From Ignavibacteriota bacterium (GTDB lineage Bacteria > Bacteroidota > Ignavibacteria > UBA10030 > UBA6906), in contig CAWDEM010000004.1 of the NCBI GenBank assembly GCA_963801355.1, positions 544,001-608,000 of the forward strand: 64,000 nt of DNA. Direction: 5' to 3'. The first letter of the stretch is position 1; each line of letters begins with the position of its first letter. A program made the translations under genes and the position numbers. The notes under the pieces were generated by a model. It saw only the letters and a list, made by a program, of their open reading frames with translations. It ran no database searches and was not told the origin of the DNA. Shown piece by piece: positions 1-9,618 of this stretch.

Positions 1-2441
1 ATCGAGAAAAGGAACATCCGTAGCCAGCGGGCTTTCGCATGCACCAATATCGGGTCTTGTGCCACTCGGTTGCGGCCGTGGACCACCATAGAAACAGAAC
101 GATGGCGCGTGATGCCACACATTTGCGATATGCATTGAGTCGACGCCAGCACCGATGCACGGACTGGAATCTGACAGGCGGTAGGTGCCATCAACGAAGA
201 GAGGGTCTGCATCGATATTCCCCAGCGTATCCCCCCAGCCCCCCCGGACATCCGAATAATGAAGCTCTATCCCCCCGTACGTGTTCGGTTGGTGCCACGT
301 GGTCCATTCGGGGACATCACCCAGGTAGATCTCTCCCCACTCCGTTGTGTCCTGGAGTTGATTCCACACGACGTTGTTCAGCAGAAAAGGCACGTGATTC
401 ATGATGTGGAATCCGGAGCCGTCCCCGGCTGTGTTGCTTCGCAATCGTGTTGTTGATGAATGCGGGTCTCGGCATGTATTTGCCCGGGGAAGTCAGATTC
501 GTGGTTGCGCCGCAGTATCTCCAGATCGATACTCCGCCACCCAGATAAGCTGCATAGTTGTTACATATGAGGTTGTTGTAGAACAGTTCCCCGGGATCAT
601 CGTCCAAGGTCCCTGAGGGCGTGTCAGTATAGGCAACGTACACTCCTCCCCCGAAGCTCCGATAACCCAACGCTTGATTCCCAGTAATGACGTTGTTGCG
701 AATGATCTTGACTCCCGGATTCGGGAATGCAGTGCAAATGCCGAGTCCACCACCCATTGCTTTCCAGTCTCCCAAGTCAACGCATGTATTGTCCTTGATG
801 TGGTTGTGCTCGATGATGAAGTTTACGGACACATTCGGTAGTTCAGACATGACACTCATCCCTCCCGCTCCAGCCTTGTTCCCTTCGACCCGATTGCCCG
901 CAATGAGATTACCCCGGACGACAAGAAACGTGCCCGGAACACCGAGCGGGCTAGATCCAAGGCCCCCGTTACCTGCCTCCCCATATGGATCAGGAACCGA
1001 CCTATGACTAATGTCATTTCCCGTTATGTGGTTGTTCGCAATCAGCGCACTCGACCCGCCGACCAACACACCTCCGCAAATCCTGGCATATGCTCCGAGG
1101 AGGAACATGCGCGTCCCGAAGCCACCTGTGATGGTAAAGCCACACAGCACAGTGGTCGTATCTTTGCAGGATGCGATCGTTACAGCGGTTGCCAGGTCAG
1201 TGCTGACAGGACGGCTCCCATCAATGATTGTGCGAGGGATATGATTTGTGTCCCCATCCAGGATGTACTGACTTGCAACAACGATAGACTTGCTCTGGAT
1301 GACGATGTTCTCATAGTACCGTCCGTCTGCCACCAGAACTGTGTCCCCGTCATGAGCTGCATCGATCGCCGTCTGAATCGTCGGATAGAACGACGGAACA
1401 TTCAACAACCGCCTTGCCGTTGCCACGCCGATCTCTCCGACCGAGAAAGGGCCATAGTCGTAATACATATAATAGATTGAACCTCTGACTGCAACGGCCG
1501 GTACCTCAACGGTGGCATAGGGATTTGCGGCGGCATACGGATCATCCTGTTTCTTGAAAACGGGATTAGCATCGTATTTGCTCCAATGAACACCATTGAT
1601 GCTGGTCGCATAGCCTATTCCTGCTTCGGCCCCATTCCCCTTGTCTCCATAATAGAACATTTCAAAGCCGGCCGGACTCGGCAAGACCCAACAGAAACAA
1701 GCCCTTGAGGCATCCCAACTTCCGGTCGGACTTACTCTGAGTACTGGGTCGCTTGAGCCAGGTGTAGCGGGGTCGTTGTATTTGGTCCAGACAATCCCGT
1801 CCGGAGAGGAAGCCATGCCTACCTGCCAAAACCCTAGTGGAAATTCCAGGTTGCTGCGCGGTATAGTACATCAGGTACCCTGAATCAGTTCGCAGCACGG
1901 AACTGGGGGCAATGAATCCGGCATCCCATTCTCCCGAACTTCCCACCGACAGCACAGCAGTATGGAGCCGGATCCATGGACCTTCCGGACGTGTTGCGGT
2001 TGCCCGCCCGATGAAGTCCCCCGGCCCGGAGCCACCGGATGATTTCGCACCATAGTACATGATCCACGCCGATTCTTCTACCAGCACTGTCGCACCACTC
2101 ACAGCGTACGCATCGAACCCGCTGCCGTCGGCTTGCAGTATCGGATTGGCGGCACTTTTGGTGAATGCAAATCCGTCTACTGAAACGGCTAATCCGATCG
2201 CTAAGGGCTGCGATTCAGCGTTCACAGTCCCTGTGTAGAAGATGTACGTCGTGTCGTTGTGAATCACAACGCTCGGTGCGAATGCGGCGCCGGCATCCCA
2301 ATGTCCAGCCGCACCCTTTCCGAGCACCGGGTTCCCGGGGTGAGCATTGAAGTGCCAGGGCTGAGACGACGCATATCCGCTGAAGAGAGCGACGGCAAGC
2401 GCAAGGATGGACGCCGATGCGAGAGCACGTTTAGTGTTCAT
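1..2441 (-). pseudogene. Secreted protein (glycosidase-like beta-propeller repeats + right-handed beta-helix), interrupted by three apparent frameshifts; runs off the window start
   Basis: ATG 2441 with GGAGG RBS and signal peptide MNTKRALASASILALAVALFSGYASS. ORFs 1662..2474 and 317..1816 join near 1857 (YYT.../SNLEFPLGFWQVGMASSPDG). Further shifts near 437 and 310 restore NTAGDGSGFHIMNH...GNIDADPLFVDGTYRLSDSSPCIGAG...PDIGACES to position 1. The shifts could be sequencing indels rather than true decay. Confidence 0.75.
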
Positions 2442-2626
2442 TTTGCACCTCCTCTGATATTCACGCCGGAACAATGCTCCACCTCAACCGATTCGGCTTC
2501 AGCCACGGCGCCTTGTACTGTCTCTCGGTGGACCAACGGAAGATCGCTGACTGCGAGGTCAGCTTGTGCAGCGACACTCAAGGATACCCGGCCTTTCGAT
2601 CTGCCCCCGGTCACACCATCGCTCAC

Positions 2627-2691
2627 AAGATAAGCTTCGGTGCACCCGGAAGTCTATCACCGATTCAGCATTCTCATGCGATCTTTCAGCA
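2627..2691 (-). promoter_or_regulatory. Putative promoter (TAGACT-18-TATCTT) with two AraC-type direct repeats TGCTGAA at 21-bp period just upstream of the -35
   Basis: ttcagca at 2664-2670 and 2685-2691; agtcta 2651-2656; aagata 2627-2632. Lies just downstream of an AraC-domain HTCS gene. Confidence 0.5.
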
Positions 2692-2765
2692 CGATCGCCT
2701 GACTTCAATGCCATCAGGCCCTGACAGGCCTCACCTTCGAGGATGCAGTACGGTTTTCGCGGGTG

Positions 2766-5700
2766 TCACGTGGGAGGTACGACGGGGGTATCTGAGGGGG
2801 AAAAGCCGAATTTCCTTCTGTAGGATTGTGCGAAATGGGAAAGGCTGTTGAAACCTACTTCGAATGCAGCTTCCGATACCGTTGCAGCCCTTCGTTCGAG
2901 CAGCTGACGCGCCCGCTCCAGTCGAATTGCACGAATGAACTCATTGGGATGTTGGCCAGCGATGGCGGTCAGCTTGCGTTCCAGCTGGGAGACGCTGAAT
3001 CCGACCTCCCGGGCAAGGTGCTCCACACCGAACTGGTCATCCCCGAGATGCCGCTGAACCGTGGAAAGACATTTCTGCAGGAATGCGTCGTCCAGAGATA
3101 CCACCGGAACAGCCTCCGGAACAAACCGCCATTCACGACTGAATCTCTCCCTTAGTCTGCGCCGGAGAGCGATGAGATTCCCGACGCGAGCCTTGAGCTC
3201 CCCAAGATCGAACGGTTTTATGAGATAGTCATCGGCCCCCCACTGCAATCCCTCCACCTTGTCCTTCGAGGCGGCTCTCGCAGTCAGCAGTATGACCGGG
3301 ATATGGCTGGTCCGCTCATCATTCTTGAGCCTCCTGCAAAGCTCGAATCCGTCCATCCTCGGCATCATCACGTCACTTATCACGAGGTCGGGGATCTCGT
3401 CAACTGCACGCTGCAGTCCTTCCTCACCGTCGGTCACACCATCAACGCGATAGTGCGCTCTGAGCGACCCTGTAAGGTAAGCGCGCATATCCGGATTGTC
3501 CTCCACCACGAGCACCAGCGCTTTGTGCCGGGCCCCGGATTTCTGGACTGCCCTCACCGTGCTCGACTGCGGCAGCGGCACATCCGAGGATTCCCCGGGA
3601 GGACCCTCCGCAACTTCTGATTCAGCACCACCCTCCACGATCTCATCTGAACTGAGGTGGCTTTTCCCGAGGGGGAGCAGGATTCTGAATGTCGTCCCCT
3701 TCTGCACGCGGCTCTCCACGGAAATGCTCCCCCGGTGCAGGTCGACGAGTTCTTTTGCCAGGGCCAGGCCGATACCGCTTCCCCCCAGCTCACGCGCCGT
3801 GGCATCCTCGACCTGGTAGAATCGTGAGAAAATTCTTTCCACGCTTTCGGGCGGGATTCCGATCCCGGTATCCGTCACCGTGATCTCGACATGGCGGGCC
3901 TCTGCGGGATGCCCCTCCTGCCGGAGCTCACTAGCCTGGAGCGAGACACCCACCAGAACTTCCCCCCCGTCCGGCGTGTACTTGAATGCATTGGAGAGCA
4001 GATTGTACATCACATTCTCGAATTTCCCCGGGTCCAGATAGACCTCGACACGGTCAGGACGTGCTGTGAATGACAGGCATATGCGCCTCAATCTGGCATG
4101 GGACTCAAAATTGGCGATGACTCTGCCTATGAAGCGCACCAGGTCAACTGGGCGGGCCTGAAGCTTCAGCCTTCCGGCTTCGATCTTCGCAAGATCAAGA
4201 AGCTGGTCGATGAGTCTCTGCAAACGTCGTGCACTCCGTTCCATGATGTGAAGCTCATGACGATCCAATTCATCGCGAGTCCGGGCCAACAGCTGGCAGA
4301 CGGGGCCCAGGATCAACGTCAACGGCGTCCGGAACTCGTGCGAAATGTTCGCAAAGAAGTGGGACTTCATGCAATCGAGTTCTTTCATTTTCTCTGATTC
4401 CACGCGTCGCAGTTCAAGCTCGTGCTGGTACCGGAGACGACGGGTTTGCAGCCGCCAGACTCCCACGAGGGTCGCCAGGACAAGGAGTGCATACCCGGCG
4501 TACGCCCAGCCCGAACGCCACCAGGGAGGCGTAATCGTGATGACAACCGACGCCCCGGTCTCGTTCCAGACTCCGTGGTTATTTGATCCTTTGACCCGAA
4601 AGAGGTATGTGCCAGGGTCGAGATTGGTGAAGCTCGCGGTTCGTTCCGTGCCGCAGTAGATCCACTCGTCTTGCAAGCCCTCCAGTCTGTACGCGTATCG
4701 GTTCTTCTCGGGATTGGTGAAATTCAAAGCTGCAAACTCCAGGGAAATAGCGTTCTGAGAATACGGGAGGGTAATGTGGCGGAGGAACTGGATCGCCGTG
4801 TCCAGCTCCAGACTCTTGTGGTAGACCTTGAAATCCGTCAGCCGGACTGGAGGAACATGCGAGTTCCTCCGGAGTTGCTCCGGGTAGAATCCGACCGATC
4901 CTGACGCGCCGCCTGAAAACACCAACTGTCCATCGGGTGCTCGCGCGGCATCCTGGCGGCCGCCGCCGAAAGCTGCAAACGGCAACCCTTCGCCTGTGCC
5001 ATAGCTCGTGATACTTCCATCTCTGACATCAAACATGGAAATGCCCTCGGCAGTGGCACACCAGATGTTCCCCCTCGAGTCTTCACGCACCTTGAGCACC
5101 CAGTCGCTCGCCATCCCGTGTGCGGCAAAGAAGGTTGTAAGCGTGTCGCTCCTCAGGTCCAGCCGATTCAGGCCGAACGCTGTTGCGATCCACACGGCAT
5201 TGGTGTCTACGACCGTCGGTCTGATAATGTCGCTTACCAGATCATAGCTTAGACCATTCCGGTGACCCGAGTTGCTCGCGTAGTGCTTCACCTCGGCAGG
5301 CCGTTCATTTGCCATCCGGATCCTGTAGACGCCGTCACCTAGTGTCCCCACCCAGAGGAGTCCCGATTGGTCTTCGAAGAGCGAGACGATCTCCCCCATC
5401 CCTGGTTTTCTGAATTGCAGATCGACGTTGACAAACCGATTCTGTGCTCTCCGGTATAGCTGGAGGTCTCGATCCAGCGAAGCGATCCAGATATCACCGG
5501 TTCGTCGCATCACAATGGCCGTGGGGAAATTCGGCGCGATTCCGGCTGGATTTCCTTCATCCTTCAGGAATTGGTGAGCGGTTCCGCTGGCGGGGTGAAG
5601 CCTGTTCAGGCCGCCTCCGTTTGTTGCCAGCCATATGTATCCGCTGTCGTCTTCACAGATAGCATTGATACAGTCGGCACCGATGCTCCGAGGAGCGCCC

Positions 5701-6932
5701 TGCCGGAGTTGGTAGTGTGTGAAGCGGCCGGACCGGAAGTCATACCTGTCGAGGCCTGAGGCGGCAAAACCAAACCAGAGATTTCCCGACCTGTCGAAGA
5801 ATGCGCTCTGGACGGCCGTGCTGCTCATGCTGTTCAGCTCCCCTTCGCGTCGTCGATAATGGATGAAGGGATTCTGGTGGTAGTCGAGTTTGTACAGCAA
5901 GGACCCGAAGGTGGGGATCCACAGGTTCCCCGATTGATCCCGGTAGAGGGAGGAGACGATCTCCTTCCCCAACGCTTCATAGCGTGTGAATGAGGGTTTT
6001 CTTCCAACCGACAGTGCCTTCAAGGGAATTGACGCGAGCCCTTTATCACAGGTACCCACCCAGAGGGTACCCGCAGGGTCGATAAGGAGCGAACTGATCC
6101 TGTCGGAAGGGAGAGAAGAGCGATCGGATCTATCGTGCCTGAAGCGGTGAAATCGTTCAGTTCTTGGGTCGAACATGTTGATCCCCCCGCCATCGGGTAT
6201 CCCCAAAAAACCAGTCCCGATCCAGAGATTCCCCGATTCATCTTCACAGATGGAACTCACCGTATTGTGGCTGAGGCTTAGCGGATTGCCGGGATCGTGC
6301 CTGAAATGCCGCATGTCACCTGTTCTTGGGTCAAGCCGGCTCAATCCCCCCTGGATTGTGCCTGCCCAGACATATCCCTGACGATCTTTGTGCAGAGCAA
6401 GAACAAAATTGTCACCCGAAGGGTGGCCGGGCGAAACAGTGTCGGAACAGTCATAAACTCTGCAGTGAGGGGTTCCTTGGGAATCCAGAACCAGGTTCAT
6501 GACACCTCGATCCTTGGTCCCAAGCCAGACCGAGCTATCATCGTCGGTGAGAACCGTCCATACGTCCATGTGAGCGAAGTGAACGAACCGATCGGTTCTT
6601 TGATCATAGTAGTTCAAGTCACCCCCATAGGTCCCTATCCAGAGATTCCCGCGATGATCGCCGTCGATATCCGTTACCCAGATGTCGGATATCCCGTTCG
6701 AATCATTGAGAGCAATCGTGTATCGCTTGAAGCCGTACCCATCGTACCGGTAGAGACCTGTCTCGGTGCCGATCCAGAGGAAGCCGGATGAGTCCTGAAA
6801 GACACAGGTGGGAATAACGAATCTGTACTGTTCAAACCGCGGTTGAACTGATTGAGCGTGGAGCACACTGGTCAATGCAAGGAATCCAATGACGCAGAAG
6901 GCACACCAGCCACGTTGCTTCAGTTCTTCCAT
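2766..6932 (-). CDS. Hybrid two-component system: beta-propeller sensor (Reg_prop repeats, Y_Y_Y), TM, histidine kinase, receiver, AraC HTH
   Basis: Repeated 'D..G.LWIGT..GL' blades; ASFTNLDPGTYLFRVKG; FFANISHEFRTPLTLI; GGSGIGLAL; DLVISDVMMP; C-terminal AFEVGFNSLSHFAQSYRRKFG. Confidence 0.95.
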   Translation of the reverse strand: MEELKQRGWCAFCVIGFLALTSVLHAQSVQPRFEQYRFVIPTCVFQDSSGFLWIGTETGLYRYDGYGFKRYTIALNDSNGISDIWVTDIDGDHRGNLWIGTYGGDLNYYDQRTDRFVHFAHMDVWTVLTDDDSSVWLGTKDRGVMNLVLDSQGTPHCRVYDCSDTVSPGHPSGDNFVLALHKDRQGYVWAGTIQGGLSRLDPRTGDMRHFRHDPGNPLSLSHNTVSSICEDESGNLWIGTGFLGIPDGGGINMFDPRTERFHRFRHDRSDRSSLPSDRISSLLIDPAGTLWVGTCDKGLASIPLKALSVGRKPSFTRYEALGKEIVSSLYRDQSGNLWIPTFGSLLYKLDYHQNPFIHYRRREGELNSMSSTAVQSAFFDRSGNLWFGFAASGLDRYDFRSGRFTHYQLRQGAPRSIGADCINAICEDDSGYIWLATNGGGLNRLHPASGTAHQFLKDEGNPAGIAPNFPTAIVMRRTGDIWIASLDRDLQLYRRAQNRFVNVDLQFRKPGMGEIVSLFEDQSGLLWVGTLGDGVYRIRMANERPAEVKHYASNSGHRNGLSYDLVSDIIRPTVVDTNAVWIATAFGLNRLDLRSDTLTTFFAAHGMASDWVLKVREDSRGNIWCATAEGISMFDVRDGSITSYGTGEGLPFAAFGGGRQDAARAPDGQLVFSGGASGSVGFYPEQLRRNSHVPPVRLTDFKVYHKSLELDTAIQFLRHITLPYSQNAISLEFAALNFTNPEKNRYAYRLEGLQDEWIYCGTERTASFTNLDPGTYLFRVKGSNNHGVWNETGASVVITITPPWWRSGWAYAGYALLVLATLVGVWRLQTRRLRYQHELELRRVESEKMKELDCMKSHFFANISHEFRTPLTLILGPVCQLLARTRDELDRHELHIMERSARRLQRLIDQLLDLAKIEAGRLKLQARPVDLVRFIGRVIANFESHARLRRICLSFTARPDRVEVYLDPGKFENVMYNLLSNAFKYTPDGGEVLVGVSLQASELRQEGHPAEARHVEITVTDTGIGIPPESVERIFSRFYQVEDATARELGGSGIGLALAKELVDLHRGSISVESRVQKGTTFRILLPLGKSHLSSDEIVEGGAESEVAEGPPGESSDVPLPQSSTVRAVQKSGARHKALVLVVEDNPDMRAYLTGSLRAHYRVDGVTDGEEGLQRAVDEIPDLVISDVMMPRMDGFELCRRLKNDERTSHIPVILLTARAASKDKVEGLQWGADDYLIKPFDLGELKARVGNLIALRRRLRERFSREWRFVPEAVPVVSLDDAFLQKCLSTVQRHLGDDQFGVEHLAREVGFSVSQLERKLTAIAGQHPNEFIRAIRLERARQLLERRAATVSEAAFEVGFNSLSHFAQSYRRKFGFSPSDTPVVPPT

Positions 6933-6944
6933 GGCAGATTGTTC

Positions 6945-6960
6945 ACCACCTAGGTGTCAA
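6945..6960. repeat. Left copy of a 16-bp inverted repeat ACCACCTAGGTGTCAA (core palindrome CACCTAGGTG)
   Basis: Reverse complement matches 9529-9544 (TTGACACCGAGGTGGT) at 15 of 16 positions. Confidence 0.6.
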
Positions 6961-7188
6961 GGGGATTTTGTCCTCGGCCTTTCCAGAAAACCAGCGAAGG
7001 GGTACCAGCGGTAGAAGAGGGAGGCACATGCAATGGCCAACGCAGGTCGCACGTGTATACGAGGTAGGCAGCAGGTCGGGAGATTGCCATATCGAAGGGG
7101 CGGATGCATGTGCGCGCCTGCCAGAGCAAGTCGGGGAGAACAGTATTTGATTCCGATGGGAAAATCTTGGAGACGCTTCAGCTGCCGC

Positions 7189-7217
7189 AATGTACGGTGA
7201 GAGAGGACGAGAGTCAA
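7189..7217 (-). promoter_or_regulatory. Putative sigma70 promoter TTGACT-17-TACATT pointing toward the HTCS gene
   Basis: agtcaa 7212-7217, aatgta 7189-7194, 17-bp spacer. Confidence 0.45.
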
Positions 7218-7433
7218 CTATAGAAAAGAATGTCAAGAGGAAACATAGCCCAGGAATCCTAAGACTTCGGGACTCAATCGCCCCTGGCAAAAGTCCAAAC
7301 TGTTTCACCCCATGTCCCGTTGGGGGCACAGAGCCGGAACGTAAGCGGGACGGCAAGGAAGAACGAAGAAATACCGGGGCGATGCACCGCCTTTACACCC
7401 GCAAAAGCCGTTCCCGGCGTTGTTCCACCTTCT

Positions 7434-9209
7434 CTACCCCTGCCGGCGATGATACAACCGATGCACCTCCAGTTGATGCTTCAGCGTGATTGCCACTTTC
7501 TTCTTCAATTGATCAATGAAATCCGGACCCAGGGTGAAGATGTCCTCTTCCTCTTTGGTCGGCGCCGTTTGCACCAGAGGCACCCTGCTTGTCTCCAGCA
7601 ACCGGATCAGTTCATTGGTGTTGTCAATGTCGTGCCGGGTAACGATCTGGATCTCCCGCAGTTTCTGATCGCCGTCCATGGGATAGATGTTCTGCTCCAC
7701 AGGCGGCTGCGAGTAGTCCGACCGGTCCAGGATGTCCTGGTACTGAATGGTATAGAGCACGTTGCGATAGAAGCAGATCAACGTCCGCAGTCTGTTCTGC
7801 AACAGAGCCCAGGGATCGTCCGGTGTTTTTTTCACTTTGCCGATATCGTCAATGGCCGACTGCAGCAGCGCGATCGCCTGCGTGAACAGGTTGCCGGTGA
7901 TCAGTGATCCGGAGAAGCCGTTGATCAACTCGAACCCCTGCAGGTTCATCAGGTCCGCTGCTTCTTCCTCCGAATTGGCCTGGAACTGGTATTTGCGGTA
8001 ATAGTCCTTCTCTTCCGGCGTCAGCTCCATGGGGAACGGCACCAGCGGTCGGGTGATCCAGCGCTGGTTGACGGTGCCGACGAGCATGACCGGATCGCCG
8101 GCATGATTGCGCACCATCAGAGCGGCCCGGCTGATCTTGTCCCACGCCTGCATCACATGATGTGCACCTTCCGCGCCGGCGAAGTGCTCCGCTGTGCGCA
8201 GAATATTCTGCATGCGACCGATCATGGTCGTGGTTGGATTGTTGCGGAATTGACGCACCAGTTCGAAGTATTCCGGCACGTTGGCCTCATCCATCATGAA
8301 CGTCCGGTTGGTCGTCTGGTCACCCCAGGCGTCCTGCAACTGCTCTGCGACCCGGAAGATATGCGGGATACCCAAAACGGGGCCCACGCCGGAATCATAA
8401 AAATTGTATCCGATGATGCGCGTCGGCACCGATTCGTCTCTGGTTTTGAAATTGAGTGCCTGCCCGGGTTTCAGCAACGGGATCACCGACGCCACTTCGG
8501 CCTGCGAGATATAGCCGGAGCCATAGTTCATGGAGACCTCGGCCTGCAGGCCGGCATCCCCGGCGCCGTCCTGTATAGTCGACATGAATCCGACGACGCG
8601 GTCGGCATACGATCGTTTTTCGCACCATGACGGACCGTTCTGGCCGGGATAGAGGCTGACGCTCCAGCAGATGCCGCCACCGGAATCGTTGGTCAACAGG
8701 GAAAAGGTCTCAATGGGCGCCTGGCGACACAATTCTGCCACCGCCTTGCGATACATGGCCAGCACTTCCGGCTGGTCGATACAGGGCGCATAGTAGGTAT
8801 GGCGTGCGCGTCGCGGATGTTCACAGCGGGGACCGCGCCATTCCGGATGAGCCTGATACACCGTTTCCGGCAGCCACGCCGGCTCTTTACCAAAGAACGC
8901 CGCTTTCAATCCCAACTCTCTCAGTATGGCGCATCGTTCCTTCACGATCTGCAGATTCTTCTTCGCATAGTCGGCAGGCAGGAATGGCTTCAATTCCTCC
9001 GGCACCACCACTTTGAATATCGATGTGACGAGCATACCCCAATTGGGATACGGATCGTTCAGATCCAGTTCCCACTGCCATCGGCTTTTCGGCAGGTCGC
9101 TGATCGACACGTGGGTGGCACTTAGTTCGGCCGCCTGCCTGGCCAATCGACGGAACTCCTCCATACTGTTGGTAGGACAGGAAAAGATCACCTTCTGCTT
9201 AGAATCCAT
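7434..9209 (-). CDS. Hypothetical cytoplasmic protein (~591 aa), probable glycoside-hydrolase-like TIM barrel
   Basis: Long ORF; AAGGAG RBS before ATG 9215/9209; EPAWLPETVYQAHPEWRG...APCIDQPEVLAMYR...LLTNDSG resembles clan-A GH barrels; no signal peptide. Confidence 0.75.
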   Translation of the reverse strand: MDSKQKVIFSCPTNSMEEFRRLARQAAELSATHVSISDLPKSRWQWELDLNDPYPNWGMLVTSIFKVVVPEELKPFLPADYAKKNLQIVKERCAILRELGLKAAFFGKEPAWLPETVYQAHPEWRGPRCEHPRRARHTYYAPCIDQPEVLAMYRKAVAELCRQAPIETFSLLTNDSGGGICWSVSLYPGQNGPSWCEKRSYADRVVGFMSTIQDGAGDAGLQAEVSMNYGSGYISQAEVASVIPLLKPGQALNFKTRDESVPTRIIGYNFYDSGVGPVLGIPHIFRVAEQLQDAWGDQTTNRTFMMDEANVPEYFELVRQFRNNPTTTMIGRMQNILRTAEHFAGAEGAHHVMQAWDKISRAALMVRNHAGDPVMLVGTVNQRWITRPLVPFPMELTPEEKDYYRKYQFQANSEEEAADLMNLQGFELINGFSGSLITGNLFTQAIALLQSAIDDIGKVKKTPDDPWALLQNRLRTLICFYRNVLYTIQYQDILDRSDYSQPPVEQNIYPMDGDQKLREIQIVTRHDIDNTNELIRLLETSRVPLVQTAPTKEEEDIFTLGPDFIDQLKKKVAITLKHQLEVHRLYHRRQG

Positions 9210-9528
9210 TCTCATGGCTCCTTTATTATTGTCTTCTGCCACAACGGAAAGGGGGATTTCGGCGATGGTTTTGCCGGACTCGAGGGACTTGATGCATGGA
9301 AGAACCGGGGGCTCGTTGCGAATTGGATCGTTACGCAGAAAGATACTTGGAACGGGGGAGAAACGCAAAGGCAGAAGGGGCCGGCGCAAGTACATGCCCC
9401 ATTGCATATTGTGTGACAATCCTGCACATTGCGGCCAGATCCTGAGCTGCACTCCACCAGGGCCAGAGAAGGCCTACCCGGGGTCCGGCGGCACCCAGGT
9501 CGCTACGCCATCCACTGGCAGCCCTCCT

Positions 9529-9544
9529 TTGACACCGAGGTGGT
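9529..9544. repeat. Right copy of the 16-bp inverted repeat TTGACACCGAGGTGGT
   Basis: Near-identical reverse complement of 6945-6960. Confidence 0.6.
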
Positions 9545-9618
9545 AGCAGGTCGTTTCCACGATATCACCCGGAAACCCGGAACGTACATTCTGCCGAACA
9601 ACAGGGAGGTCGACATCC

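Noticed and set aside
2438-2626. 62-aa ORF overlapping the exoprotein start (ATGA)
   Set aside because: GTG start lies at the predicted -10/TSS with no RBS and no recognisable features; treated as 5' leader.
6957-7430. Short ORFs or riboswitch in the 500-bp gap upstream of the HTCS
   Set aside because: No RBS-supported ORF or recognisable aptamer motif; an Rfam scan would be needed to exclude an RNA fully.
9210-9452. N-terminal extension of the 7434..9452 ORF (likewise extensions at 39933, 44923, 45422, 56893, 60998, 62541)
   Set aside because: RBS position and signal peptides support downstream starts.
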